Below, one piece after another: positions 38,708 through 49,109 of a DNA stretch of 64,000 nucleotides (position 1 is its first letter; every line of letters begins with the position of its first letter). This stretch comes from Gammaproteobacteria bacterium. GTDB lineage: Bacteria > Pseudomonadota > Gammaproteobacteria > Magnimaribacterales > D2472. The notes beneath the pieces are model-generated. The model was not told where the DNA came from and did not search any database. It saw only the letters and a program-made list of their open reading frames with translations. The stretch spans positions 129,131-193,130 of the forward strand of contig JBJLIP010000001.1 of assembly GCA_045563715.1 (NCBI GenBank), in the 5' to 3' direction. A program made the position numbers and the translations under genes.

Positions 38708-39184
38708 TTATATATGCTTAACTTCTAAGATCTCAAAATTTAAGCTTCCTGAAGGAGTTTCTATTTGAATTTCATCATCAACAAACTTTCCAACCAATCC
38801 TTTTGCAATTGGAGTATCAATTGATATGTCACCTTTTTCAGGATCAGATTCTAAATTACCTACTATCTTATATGTTACATCTTTATCATTATCAATATCA
38901 TATATCCTGACAGTTGATCCAAATACAACTCTACCAGTCTCTGGTATCTCATTTACATCAATTACTTGCGCATTAGATAAAGCACTTTCTATTTCACTAA
39001 TTTTGGCCTCTATCAGACCCTGTAACTCTTTTGCTGCATGATATTCAGCATTTTCTTTTAAGTCTCCATGAGCTCTAGCTTCTGCAATTGCCTGAGAAAT
39101 TTTTGGTCTTTCAACAAATTTTAAATTTGAAAGTTTCTCTTTAATTAAGATTTCACCCTTTTTTGTTAATGGCACTCTGCTCAT
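38708..39184 (-). CDS. greA: Transcription elongation factor GreA
   Basis: 158 aa from the ATG at 39184 (MSRVPLTKKGEILIKEKL...GDLKENAEYHAAKE). The ORF-track start at 39274 would overlap the carB 3' end by 68 nt and adds non-homologous residues. Confidence 0.92.
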   Translation of the reverse strand: MSRVPLTKKGEILIKEKLSNLKFVERPKISQAIAEARAHGDLKENAEYHAAKELQGLIEAKISEIESALSNAQVIDVNEIPETGRVVFGSTVRIYDIDNDKDVTYKIVGNLESDPEKGDISIDTPIAKGLVGKFVDDEIQIETPSGSLNFEILEVKHI

Positions 39185-39206
39185 GGAACCATTATAGCAA
39201 TTAGAT

Positions 39207-42200
39207 TTATAATTTATTGATTTCTTGAAGCGTATTGTATGTCCAATTATCTTCAGTGTTCTGAAGTGCATCAATTACTGCAGAAGCTCCAAACATTGTT
39301 GTTGTACAAAATATTTTATTTCTTAAAGCGCTTTGCCTAATTGAGGCTGAATCTTTTATGGATTGAGTACCCTCTGTTGTATTTATTACAAGATCGATTT
39401 CATTATTTAAAATGCTATCAACCACATGAGGCCTGCCTTCGTTAACTTTATTAATTCTTCTTACCTCAAAACCCAGCTTTTCAATATAATCTGCACTTCC
39501 ACTAGTCGCGACTATATCAAAACCACATTTTATTATCGATGGTACAAATTCGTCTAAATATTTCCTATCTGATTTCTTTACACTAATAAATACAATGCCC
39601 GATCTTCTAAGAATTTTATTTGCTCCCTTCTGAGCTTTAGCATAAGCTTCTCCGAAATTAGGTCCAATTCCCATAACCTCCCCAGTTGATTTCATCTCAG
39701 GCCCTAAGATAGGATCAACGTGTGGGAACTTATCAAATGGCATAACAGCCTCTTTTACAAAAGATAATCCATCAGGCAGCTTTGAAGAAAAATTCTGCTC
39801 TTTTAAGCTTTTGCCTATCATCGCTTTTGATGCAACTTTTGCTAAAGATATACCTATAGCTTTTGATATAAAGGGAACTGTTCTTGAGGCTCTAGGATTG
39901 ACTTCTATTATGAATATATCATTATCTTTAATTGCAAATTGAATATTCATCAGGCCAATTATATTAAGCTCTTCTGAAATATTCTTTGCTTGTTTCTTCA
40001 TTTTATCTTGAATTTCATTTGATAAGCTGTAAGGAGGTAATGAGCATGCAGAATCACCCGAATGGATTCCTGCTTGTTCTATATGTTGCAATATTCCACC
40101 TATTTCAATATTTTTTCCATCCGATACAACATCAACATCTACTTCGATTGCATCAGTTAAGTAGCTATCTAATAAAATTGGCTTGCTGTTTGAAACTTCA
40201 ACGGCTTCATTCAAGTACTTCTCAAGCTCTTGAATATTATTAACTAATTGCATTGCTCTGCCGCCCAGAACATAAGAAGGACGTACAACAATAGGAAACC
40301 CAATTTCTTTAGCTCTATCAAGGGCCTCTTTAACGTTTTTAGCTGTTGCATTAGAGGGTTGCTTTAGGCTCAGTTTATTTACTAATTCCTGGAATCTTTC
40401 TCTATCTTCAGATCTATCAATTGCATCAACATTAGTGCCCAGTACCTTTACACCTTTTTCAGACAAAGTGTCTGCCAACTTAAGTGGAGTTTGTCCCCCG
40501 AATTGTATTATTACTCCTTCAGGATTTTCATTATCGATAATATCTAGAATTTTTTCAGATGTTATTGGCTCAAAATATAATCTATTTGAAACGTCATAAT
40601 CAGTTGATACAGTCTCTGGATTGCAATTTACCATAATTGATTCATATCCTTCTTCTTGCATCGCCAAAGATGCATGAACACAACAATAATCAAACTCTAT
40701 GCCTTGCCCAATTCTATTTGGGCCACTCCCAAGAACTAAAACTTTCTTATTGGTTGTTGGATTACTCTCACATTTTCCTCCATAAGAGGAATACATGTAA
40801 CAAGTTGAAGTTGCAAATTCTGCAGCACAAGTATCTACCCTTCTATATATAGGCAACACTCCTTTAGCTTTTCTTAATGCTCTAATTGAATCTTCATGTG
40901 AACCAACTAATTCAGCTATTCTGTTATCTGAAAATCCTTTTTCTTTTATTTTCCATAGATAATCTTCACTGATTTGATCTTCTTTAATATTAACTAAGTC
41001 TTCTTCGATATCTAATATTTCATTGATCTGGTCTAAAAACCAGTAATCAATTTTTGTAAGAGAATGAACTTTATCTAACTTCCAGCCATTTCGTATTGCA
41101 TCTGCAACATAAAAAATTCTTTTTGGTCCCGGTATTGTAAGCTCATGGAGAATTTCTTCTTTTGAAAGCTCTGACATGTTAGTTTTGACAGAATTCAAAC
41201 CATTTAAGCCTTCTTCCATGCTACAAAGTGCCTTTTGAAATGATTCTTGAAAATTTGAGCCAATGGACATCACTTCTCCAACAGATTTCATCTGAGTTGT
41301 TAGTTTTGGGCTAGCTTGAGGAAATTTTTCAAATGCGAACTTTGGGATTTTAGTAACAATATAATCAATACTTGGTTCAAATGAGGCTGGAGTTAGACCT
41401 CCAGTAATATCATTCTTCAATTCATCTAAAGTAAATCCAACAGATAAAAGTGCAGCAACTTTTGCAATTGGAAATCCCGTTGCCTTTGACGCCAAGGCCG
41501 AAGATCTGCTTACTCTAGGATTCATTTCAATTACAACCATTTTTCCATTTTCAGGATTAACGGCAAATTGAACATTTGATCCTCCTGTATCAACGCCTAT
41601 CTCTCTTAATATTTTAAAAGAAGCATTTCGCATGATTTGAAATTCTTTATCTGTAAGAGTTTGGGCAGGGGCAATAGTTATTGAATCTCCTGTGTGAATA
41701 CCCATTGGATCAAGATTTTCTATCGAACAAATTATGATACAGTTATCTTCACAATCTCTAACTACCTCCATTTCGTATTCTTTCCATCCAATTAAAGATT
41801 CATCAATTAGAAGTTCGTTTGTTGGAGATAATTCAAGGCCTTTTTCACAAATATTTTTAAATTCGGAAATGTTATATGCTATTCCTCCACCCGTCCCTCC
41901 CATTGTGAAAGAGGGTCTTATGATGCATGGAAATCCTATCTCTTTTTGAACCTCTAGAGCATCACTCATTGAATGCGCAATACCAGATGCTGGAGTCTCA
42001 AGATCAATCGCTTTCATAGTTTCATCAAAAAGCTGCCTATCTTCAGCTTTATCAATTGCGGTCCTATTGGCTCCAATAAGAATTACATTATGTTTTTCTA
42101 AAATACCCTTTTTATCAAGTGTTAATGCAGTATTTAGCGCAGTTTGACCTCCCATTGTTGCTAAAATAGCATCAGGATTTTCTTTTTCTATAATTTTTTC

Positions 42201-42422
42201 TACAGATTCCCAGTGTATTGGCTCTATATATGTTGCATCAGCAAGAAGTGGGTCTGTCATGATTGTTGCTGGATTGGAATTAACCAGTATGACTCTGAAC
42301 CCCTCCTCTTTTAATGCTTTACAAGCCTGTGCACCAGAATAATCAAATTCGCATGCTTGACCAATAATAATTGGTCCAGCTCCAATTATTAAAATGGATG
42401 AAATATCTTTACGTCTTGGCAT
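39207..42422 (-). CDS. carB: Carbamoyl-phosphate synthase large subunit
   Basis: 1071 aa. Duplicated ATP-grasp halves ([21 protein letters not shown]; [20 protein letters not shown]) and a C-terminal MGS-like allosteric domain. Confidence 0.96.
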   Translation of the reverse strand: MPRRKDISSILIIGAGPIIIGQACEFDYSGAQACKALKEEGFRVILVNSNPATIMTDPLLADATYIEPIHWESVEKIIEKENPDAILATMGGQTALNTALTLDKKGILEKHNVILIGANRTAIDKAEDRQLFDETMKAIDLETPASGIAHSMSDALEVQKEIGFPCIIRPSFTMGGTGGGIAYNISEFKNICEKGLELSPTNELLIDESLIGWKEYEMEVVRDCEDNCIIICSIENLDPMGIHTGDSITIAPAQTLTDKEFQIMRNASFKILREIGVDTGGSNVQFAVNPENGKMVVIEMNPRVSRSSALASKATGFPIAKVAALLSVGFTLDELKNDITGGLTPASFEPSIDYIVTKIPKFAFEKFPQASPKLTTQMKSVGEVMSIGSNFQESFQKALCSMEEGLNGLNSVKTNMSELSKEEILHELTIPGPKRIFYVADAIRNGWKLDKVHSLTKIDYWFLDQINEILDIEEDLVNIKEDQISEDYLWKIKEKGFSDNRIAELVGSHEDSIRALRKAKGVLPIYRRVDTCAAEFATSTCYMYSSYGGKCESNPTTNKKVLVLGSGPNRIGQGIEFDYCCVHASLAMQEEGYESIMVNCNPETVSTDYDVSNRLYFEPITSEKILDIIDNENPEGVIIQFGGQTPLKLADTLSEKGVKVLGTNVDAIDRSEDRERFQELVNKLSLKQPSNATAKNVKEALDRAKEIGFPIVVRPSYVLGGRAMQLVNNIQELEKYLNEAVEVSNSKPILLDSYLTDAIEVDVDVVSDGKNIEIGGILQHIEQAGIHSGDSACSLPPYSLSNEIQDKMKKQAKNISEELNIIGLMNIQFAIKDNDIFIIEVNPRASRTVPFISKAIGISLAKVASKAMIGKSLKEQNFSSKLPDGLSFVKEAVMPFDKFPHVDPILGPEMKSTGEVMGIGPNFGEAYAKAQKGANKILRRSGIVFISVKKSDRKYLDEFVPSIIKCGFDIVATSGSADYIEKLGFEVRRINKVNEGRPHVVDSILNNEIDLVINTTEGTQSIKDSASIRQSALRNKIFCTTTMFGASAVIDALQNTEDNWTYNTLQEINKL

Positions 42423-43530
42423 ATTCTTTTACCATCAAACTAAATTTTTTAAAAAGATTCTGAATTTCCTGTGGCCCTGGACTTGCTTCAGGGTGTCCTT
42501 GAAAACTAAATGCAGGCGTATCTATAAACTCAATACCTTGAAGAGATTTATCAAAAAGAGAAATATGAGTAATTTTTATATTTTTAGGGAGAGTTTCTGC
42601 ATCTACAGCGAATCCATGATTCTGACTAGTTATATAAACTTCCTTTGATTCAATATTTTGCACAGGATGATTTGCACCATGATGTCCAAATTTCATTTTA
42701 TATGTATTTGCACCTCCAGCTAAAGAAAGAAGTTGATGGCCAAGACAGATTCCAAAAATAGGCACTTTATCTATTAAAAATCTTTTAATACTTTTTATTG
42801 CGTAATCACATGGTTCTGGATCGCCAGGCCCATTCGATAAGAATATTCCTTTGGGTGATAATTTAATAATTTCCTCATATGGGGTTTCTGCATTAACAAC
42901 CTTAACTTCTCCCACATGTTCATTAAGAAGTCTCAATATATTCTCTTTTATACCAAAATCATATGCGACAACTTGGTGTGAATCCTTTGAAATATTATTA
43001 AGAGGCCAAGTACCTTTATTCCAAATATAATCAGACTTTGTTGATACAACTTTTGCCAGATCCATGCCCTCTAAGCCAGAGAATTCTCTTGCTGCCAATA
43101 TTGCATCTTCTTTTGAAATTTTTGATAAAGCTGCAATACAACAACTCATAGCCCCTTTTTCTCTTAAGATTGAAGTTAATTCTCTTGTATCAATATCCGA
43201 TATAGCAATAGTTTCATTTTTAATTAAAAAGTCATCTAATGTTATGGCTGATCTCCAATTACTAGGTTTTTCACAAAAGTTTTTTACTACAATTCCTGAC
43301 GCATGAATTTTTTTAGATTCATTATCTTCAAAGTTAATACCAGTATTGCCTATATGAGGATGGGTGAATGTAATTATTTGTTTTTTATATGATGGATCGG
43401 TAATTATTTCTTGATAGCCAGTCATTGAAGTATTGAAGACTAATTCTCCAACATCAAATTTTTCTTTCCCAAAACCTTTACCATAGAATACACTACCATC
43501 TTCAAGAGCTAATATTGCCTTGAAAGACAT
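42409..43530 (-). CDS. carA: Carbamoyl-phosphate synthase small (glutaminase) subunit
   Basis: 373 aa. N-terminal [15 protein letters not shown] and the class-I amidotransferase catalytic region ([12 protein letters not shown]; HHGANHPV). 14-nt overlap with carB. Confidence 0.95.
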   Translation of the reverse strand: MSFKAILALEDGSVFYGKGFGKEKFDVGELVFNTSMTGYQEIITDPSYKKQIITFTHPHIGNTGINFEDNESKKIHASGIVVKNFCEKPSNWRSAITLDDFLIKNETIAISDIDTRELTSILREKGAMSCCIAALSKISKEDAILAAREFSGLEGMDLAKVVSTKSDYIWNKGTWPLNNISKDSHQVVAYDFGIKENILRLLNEHVGEVKVVNAETPYEEIIKLSPKGIFLSNGPGDPEPCDYAIKSIKRFLIDKVPIFGICLGHQLLSLAGGANTYKMKFGHHGANHPVQNIESKEVYITSQNHGFAVDAETLPKNIKITHISLFDKSLQGIEFIDTPAFSFQGHPEASPGPQEIQNLFKKFSLMVKEYAKT

Positions 43531-43687
43531 TAAATTAATGCCTCATGATTGCATGAAGTATTTAGGAAAGATTTAGGTAAACTATTTAAAGAATTTTCGG
43601 ATTTTAATGAGCTAAAATTACATGCTGGCATTAAAATTGTACTTTATAGATTAAGTTGTCTAATGTCTATATATAAACTGAAAAAAT

Positions 43688-44458
43688 ATGAAAATTTCAA
43701 TAAAAACATCACAAGAAATTGAGAAAATGAGAATTGCTGGCAAGTTAGCTGCAGAGGTTCTCGAAATCATAACCCCTCACGTTGTTCCGGGAATATCAAC
43801 TGGAGAATTGGATAAAATTTGTTATGAACATATCGTTAACAAACAGAATGCTATTCCTGCAAATGTTGGCTATAAAGGTTATGAAAAAACTATTTGTTCA
43901 AGCTTAAATCAAGTAATTTGTCATGGCATTCCCAGTAATGATAAATTTTTAAAAGAAGGTGACATCCTTAATATTGATGTAACTGTGATAAAAGATGGTT
44001 GGCATGGAGACACTTCAAAAATGTTCTTGGTTGGTAAATGTGCCCCTCATAACGAAAGACTGGTAAAGGTTACTCAGGAATGTCTCTATGAGGGTATTAG
44101 TGCAGTTAAGCCTGGCGCATTCCTGGGAGATGTTGGTTACGCAATCCAAAATCATGCAGAAAAAAATTACTATAGCGTAGTTGAGGATTATTGCGGTCAT
44201 GGCATTGGGACTATTTACCATGAAGAGCCACAAGTTTTGCATTATGGAAAACGAGGGACCGGCATTCAGCTCAAGGAGGGCATGTGTTTCACAATTGAGC
44301 CAATGATCAACCAGGGGACTAAATATTCTAAGGTCTTAAAAGATGGCTGGACAGTTGAAACGAAAGACGGAAGAAATTCTGCGCAATGGGAGCATACAAT
44401 TGTTGTTACTAACCAGGGCTACGAAATTCTTACAAAGAGAAATGACGAATCTGAATGA
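43688..44458 (+). CDS. map: Methionine aminopeptidase, type I
   Basis: 256 aa. Metal ligand blocks (DILNIDVTVIKDGWHGD; CGHGIG; FTIEPM; QWEHT). Confidence 0.95.
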   Translation: MKISIKTSQEIEKMRIAGKLAAEVLEIITPHVVPGISTGELDKICYEHIVNKQNAIPANVGYKGYEKTICSSLNQVICHGIPSNDKFLKEGDILNIDVTVIKDGWHGDTSKMFLVGKCAPHNERLVKVTQECLYEGISAVKPGAFLGDVGYAIQNHAEKNYYSVVEDYCGHGIGTIYHEEPQVLHYGKRGTGIQLKEGMCFTIEPMINQGTKYSKVLKDGWTVETKDGRNSAQWEHTIVVTNQGYEILTKRNDESE

Positions 44459-46959
44459 AGGAGGAATTAACTTCATTAAATAAAAAATACATAGATGAAT
44501 TTCCTGAAATCTATGTAAAGCCATCTAAAGTAAATAAATACCTAAGAAAACATTCCGATAATATTGAGAAAGTTATTAAGACTAAGTTTAAAAAACTTGA
44601 GCTTGATAAAGATTTTGCAATATATGCAAATGGCGGTTTTGGAAGAAAAGAAATGTTTCCATCATCCGATGTTGATTTATCAATTGTTGAGCTAAAAAAA
44701 ATAAAAAATTTTAAGAACTTAGAAGATTTTATATCCTTTTTGTGGGATAGAGGATATAAGGTCGGGCATTCAGTTAGATCAATAAATGATATAAAAAAAA
44801 TATCTGGAAAGGATTTAAAAGAATATACATCATATCTCACAAGAAGAGCTCTTGTTTCAAATCAGAACATAGACAAGAAAATCACAAACATGCTATCAGG
44901 CTTATGGACAAAAAATAATTTTTATAATCAAAAATTCATTGAGCAACAGAGGCGTTACTCTGAATTCCATTCTTCTGCATATAATCTTGAACCTGATTTA
45001 AAAGAGTCCCCAGGTACTATTAGAGACTTCCAATCAGCTTTGTGGATATTGCAACATTGTTACAATTTAGACTCCCTAGATGCAATAAATAAGTCCAATG
45101 TTTTTGATGGGCAATTTAAAAAAACAATAGAAGCATATAATTTTATTAAGTCTCTAAGATTTGCTACTAATATTGCTACTAAAAAAAATAGGCTTAACTT
45201 TGAAGCTCAAATTGAAGTTTCAAAATATGCAAAATTTAATAAAAAGAGTTCAAAAATGTCTGTTGAGAAAATGATGAAAGATTTTTATGAAAATGCATCT
45301 ACCCTATCTTATTTTAATGAAATAATTTATGAAAAATATAATGAAAAAACAGTAAATATATTTTCGAAGAAAGCAAATGGAATATATAAGAATAAAAATA
45401 AAATTGGTATACACATTGCTAACTTAAAACAAAATAAAAATCTTATATTTAAAATATTTATAGAAATTGGTAAAAACAAAAATATAAACCTTATCGACAC
45501 TCACACCAAATCACTGATAAAAAAGAATATATATTTGATCGATAAAAATTTTAGGGAAGATAGTTTTTATTCTGAACAATTCCTCGAAATATTAAGGTCA
45601 AAATATAATCTTTCGTCTATTTTAAAAACAATGAAAACCCTCGGCGTTCTTCAGGCATATATCCCCGAATTTGCAGAAGTTGTTGGGCAAATGCAATTTG
45701 ATTTATTTCACGTTTATACAGTCGATGAGCATACATTTAAAGTTGTTAGAAATATGCGACAAATGAAATTATTTCAACAAAAAGGATTTGAACTTGAGCA
45801 TGAATTAATAAATAAAATACCCAAGATAGAGATTTTATATATAGCTGGAATATTTCATGATCTTGGAAAAGGCAAAGGTGGGGATCATTCAGAAATTGGT
45901 GCAAAAACCAGCTTTGATTTTGCCTTAAGATTGGGTATGTCGGTAACAGATGCAAATTTAATTTCTTGGTTAGTAAAAAAACACTTAATAATGTCTTCAA
46001 TATCTCAAAAGCAGGATATTTCAGAAGCACAAACGATTATAGAGTTCACTCGGCATGTAAAACAAAGTGAAAAATTAGATTATTTATATTTATTAACAAT
46101 AAATGATATAAGAGCAACTAATCCAGCTTTATGGAACGGATGGAAGCATCAGCTCTTAAAAGACTTATATATTTTAGCAAGGTCTAAAATAAATAAAGAG
46201 CCTATAAAAGCCTCATCAAAGATAGCATTAGAGAGAAAGAAAAATACTTTGCTTAGTTATGAGGGAGACGACCGTAAGATTTTAGAAGAATATCTCTCCA
46301 GTCTTGGAAATAGTTACTTTAATAAAAATGTTAGTAAATCTCTTAAATGGCAATCTTCTTTAATTATTAAGAATAAAGATAAAGACTTGGTTGTTGGATG
46401 CAAAGTAGTTTATGGAAACTTAATCGAAATATTTATTAGAGTGAAAAATTCTAAGGGTCTTTTTTATAAATTTACAAAGGTATTAGAACATTCTGGTCTT
46501 GAGGTAATAGATGCAAACATCTTTTCATCCATTAACAATACATTTGCTGCAAATACGTTTATTACAAAATTCTCGCATCATGATAGGGAGTTAAATAAAT
46601 CAGAACTCATAGAATTAAGTAATAGAATTGAGAAAAACTTTGTCAATTTCAATAAAATAAAAAATATACAAAAAAAATCTATTAAGAAAAGTAATTTTGA
46701 AAAAATCATGAATATTTCTGACTCAATAAATAATGAAAAAGGGAGAAATCTTATAACGATTGAAACCTCAGATAGTCAGGGGTTGCTTGCTAATATTGCA
46801 AAAGTATTCTTTGATAATAATGTCTCTATATTTTCTGCAAGAATTAATACATTAGGAGACAGAGTTGAAGATACATTTGAAATTGAGAGTCATAACAAGT
46901 CATTACTTGGAAAAAACAAAATAAAAAAAATTGTAGCAGCTCTAGAAAAAGTGTTATAA
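44455..46959 (+). CDS. glnD: Bifunctional PII uridylyltransferase / uridylyl-removing enzyme
   Basis: 834 aa. Nucleotidyltransferase motif (GGFGRKEMFPSSDVDL), HD domain (FHDLGKGKGGDHSEIG) and two C-terminal ACT-like domains. map-glnD-dapD order as in E. coli. Confidence 0.9.
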   Translation: MKEELTSLNKKYIDEFPEIYVKPSKVNKYLRKHSDNIEKVIKTKFKKLELDKDFAIYANGGFGRKEMFPSSDVDLSIVELKKIKNFKNLEDFISFLWDRGYKVGHSVRSINDIKKISGKDLKEYTSYLTRRALVSNQNIDKKITNMLSGLWTKNNFYNQKFIEQQRRYSEFHSSAYNLEPDLKESPGTIRDFQSALWILQHCYNLDSLDAINKSNVFDGQFKKTIEAYNFIKSLRFATNIATKKNRLNFEAQIEVSKYAKFNKKSSKMSVEKMMKDFYENASTLSYFNEIIYEKYNEKTVNIFSKKANGIYKNKNKIGIHIANLKQNKNLIFKIFIEIGKNKNINLIDTHTKSLIKKNIYLIDKNFREDSFYSEQFLEILRSKYNLSSILKTMKTLGVLQAYIPEFAEVVGQMQFDLFHVYTVDEHTFKVVRNMRQMKLFQQKGFELEHELINKIPKIEILYIAGIFHDLGKGKGGDHSEIGAKTSFDFALRLGMSVTDANLISWLVKKHLIMSSISQKQDISEAQTIIEFTRHVKQSEKLDYLYLLTINDIRATNPALWNGWKHQLLKDLYILARSKINKEPIKASSKIALERKKNTLLSYEGDDRKILEEYLSSLGNSYFNKNVSKSLKWQSSLIIKNKDKDLVVGCKVVYGNLIEIFIRVKNSKGLFYKFTKVLEHSGLEVIDANIFSSINNTFAANTFITKFSHHDRELNKSELIELSNRIEKNFVNFNKIKNIQKKSIKKSNFEKIMNISDSINNEKGRNLITIETSDSQGLLANIAKVFFDNNVSIFSARINTLGDRVEDTFEIESHNKSLLGKNKIKKIVAALEKVL

Positions 46960-46988
46960 ATCCAGCTTATTAAAATTATAATTTAATC

Positions 46989-47897
46989 ATGAAAATTCGA
47001 TGTAAAGGCATTGCTAACAAATCAGCTAGAGATGAAGTGCTAGATGTTTACTTTTATGAAATAGAATTTGATGGAAAACAAATTAGTAATGGTATTGGTG
47101 ACCCAAAAAATAACTCTCAAGAAACTATTGAATTAAATTGGAATCAAAATGATTTAGATAAAGAAATAGGAAGTGTCATCGATGCGTATCTAAAATTGCA
47201 TTTATTATCAAATAAATGTGTTTTACCAAACTCTATTAATTTAGATGGGTTATTTAAAAATCTTCCAAATGTTGTATGGACTAACCAAGGTCCTGTTTCA
47301 ATAGATGAAATTGAGAATAAACTAAATGATTCTAAAGTTGGTCAAAATAATCTTTATGTCAAATCTGTAGATAAATTCCCGTGCCTTACAGATTATATTA
47401 TTCCAAAAAATGTCAGAATTGCAGATGCAAGAAGGGTCAGACTTGGTGCATATCTTAGTGAGGGAACTACAGTAATGCATGAAGGTTTTGTTAATTTTAA
47501 TGCTGGGACATTGGGGCCATCAATGATTGAAGGAAGGATTTCTGCTGGAGTAACAATTGGAAAAAATTCTGATATTGGTGGCGGTGCTAGCACAATGGGA
47601 ACATTATCAGGGGGAAATGAAATAAAAATATCTATTGGTGAAAACTGTCTTTTGGGAGCAAATTCTGGATTAGGCATATCCCTTGGAGATAATTGTACTG
47701 TGGAGGCAGGTCTATATATTACAGCTGGAACTAAAATAACATTGCTCGATGGAGATGGGTCTCAACTAATCAAAGCATCCGAAATATCTGGTATTAAAAA
47801 TATGTTATTTCTTAGAGAATCGACGACTGGAAAAGTCATAGGAAAGCCAAATAAAAAAATTTTAACTCTAAATGAAGAGCTGCATGATAATGATTGA
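46989..47897 (+). CDS. dapD: 2,3,4,5-tetrahydropyridine-2,6-dicarboxylate N-succinyltransferase (long, Pseudomonas-type)
   Basis: 302 aa. Left-handed beta-helix hexapeptide region (RVRLGAYLSEGTTVMHEGFVNFNAGTLGPSMIEGRISAGVTIGKNSDIGGGASTMGTLSGG) closely resembles the pseudomonad DapD as I recall it. Confidence 0.88.
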   Translation: MKIRCKGIANKSARDEVLDVYFYEIEFDGKQISNGIGDPKNNSQETIELNWNQNDLDKEIGSVIDAYLKLHLLSNKCVLPNSINLDGLFKNLPNVVWTNQGPVSIDEIENKLNDSKVGQNNLYVKSVDKFPCLTDYIIPKNVRIADARRVRLGAYLSEGTTVMHEGFVNFNAGTLGPSMIEGRISAGVTIGKNSDIGGGASTMGTLSGGNEIKISIGENCLLGANSGLGISLGDNCTVEAGLYITAGTKITLLDGDGSQLIKASEISGIKNMLFLRESTTGKVIGKPNKKILTLNEELHDND

Positions 47898-49017
47898 TCT
47901 GCTTCAAAATTTACTAAAAATAAAATCTATATCGCCTAATGATATGGGTTGCTTTGATGTAATTGAAAATGAGTTGAAAGAGATTGGCTTTAATTGTGAA
48001 AGAATTAATTATCTTAATGTAGAAAACTTATACGCAACTACTGGAGATTCTGGAAAATTACTTTGTTTTTTAGGTCATACTGATATCGTTCCAACTGGGC
48101 CAGAAGAAAAATGGAAATACCCGCCCTTCTCTGCAACAATTGACGGTGACATTTTGTATGGAAGAGGCGCTGCTGATATGAAGGCTTCAGTTGCAGCATT
48201 TATTGAATCTGCAAAAGAGTTTATAAACGAATCTTCAGAGATTAACTTCAGATTAGGAATCTTACTTACTTCAAATGAAGAAGGCACTGCAAAAGATGGA
48301 TTTATTGATCAAATCATAGAAAAAATGATAGAAGGCAATGAAATCATAGATTTTTGTTTAGTTGGTGAGCCAACTTCAACTAATAAGATTGCTGATTGCG
48401 CAAGAATAGGAAGAAGAGGTTCTTTAGGAGGACGTTTAAAAATATATGGTAAACAAGGGCATATAGCCTATCCAGAAAAAGTTATAAACCCAATATCCTT
48501 ATCTGGTGATTTAATTTCTAATTTAAATAATAAAATATGGGATGGTGGGAATGATGCCTTTGATCCAACAAGCTTCCAAATTTCTAATATCAGCTCTGGT
48601 ACAGGTGCACATAATGTAGTTCCTGGAGATCTTGAACTAACTTTTAATTTTAGATTTTCACCTGAATCTACTGAACAAAGTCTAAAATCTGAATTTGAAT
48701 CTATACTGAATGAGCAAAATCTAAATTACGATTTAGATTGGGAATTAAATGGGCTTCCCTATTATACGAAAAATAATTTTTTTATAGATATTGTTTCAAA
48801 TTCTGTTAAAGAAATTACAGATTATTTGCCAGAGCTTAACGCTAAAGGCGGCACCTCTGATGGACGCTTTGTTGCTAAAATGAATTCAGAGATTGTTGAA
48901 TTAGGCCCAGTAAATAAATCGATTCATCAAATAGATGAACATGTAAAAATAAGTGACATATGGACTCTAAAAGACATATATAAACAAATATTAATTAATC
49001 TTAATCAGAGTTACTAG
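47890..49017 (+). CDS. dapE: Succinyl-diaminopimelate desuccinylase
   Basis: M20 peptidase motifs (LCFLGHTDIVP; GRGAADMKAS; SNEEG; GTSDGRF). The start is ambiguous. The ATG at 47890 (MIDLLQNLLKIKSISPND) gives an E. coli-like N-terminus; the ORF track begins at 47872. Confidence 0.9.
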   Translation: MIDLLQNLLKIKSISPNDMGCFDVIENELKEIGFNCERINYLNVENLYATTGDSGKLLCFLGHTDIVPTGPEEKWKYPPFSATIDGDILYGRGAADMKASVAAFIESAKEFINESSEINFRLGILLTSNEEGTAKDGFIDQIIEKMIEGNEIIDFCLVGEPTSTNKIADCARIGRRGSLGGRLKIYGKQGHIAYPEKVINPISLSGDLISNLNNKIWDGGNDAFDPTSFQISNISSGTGAHNVVPGDLELTFNFRFSPESTEQSLKSEFESILNEQNLNYDLDWELNGLPYYTKNNFFIDIVSNSVKEITDYLPELNAKGGTSDGRFVAKMNSEIVELGPVNKSIHQIDEHVKISDIWTLKDIYKQILINLNQSY

Positions 49018-49109
49018 GCTTATCTTTTCTGTTGTATTTTGTTTTATCTCGATGTGTCTTTGGTTTATGGAATTTATCCATATTTTTTTTTACGGGATCT
49101 TTTTTGCTT

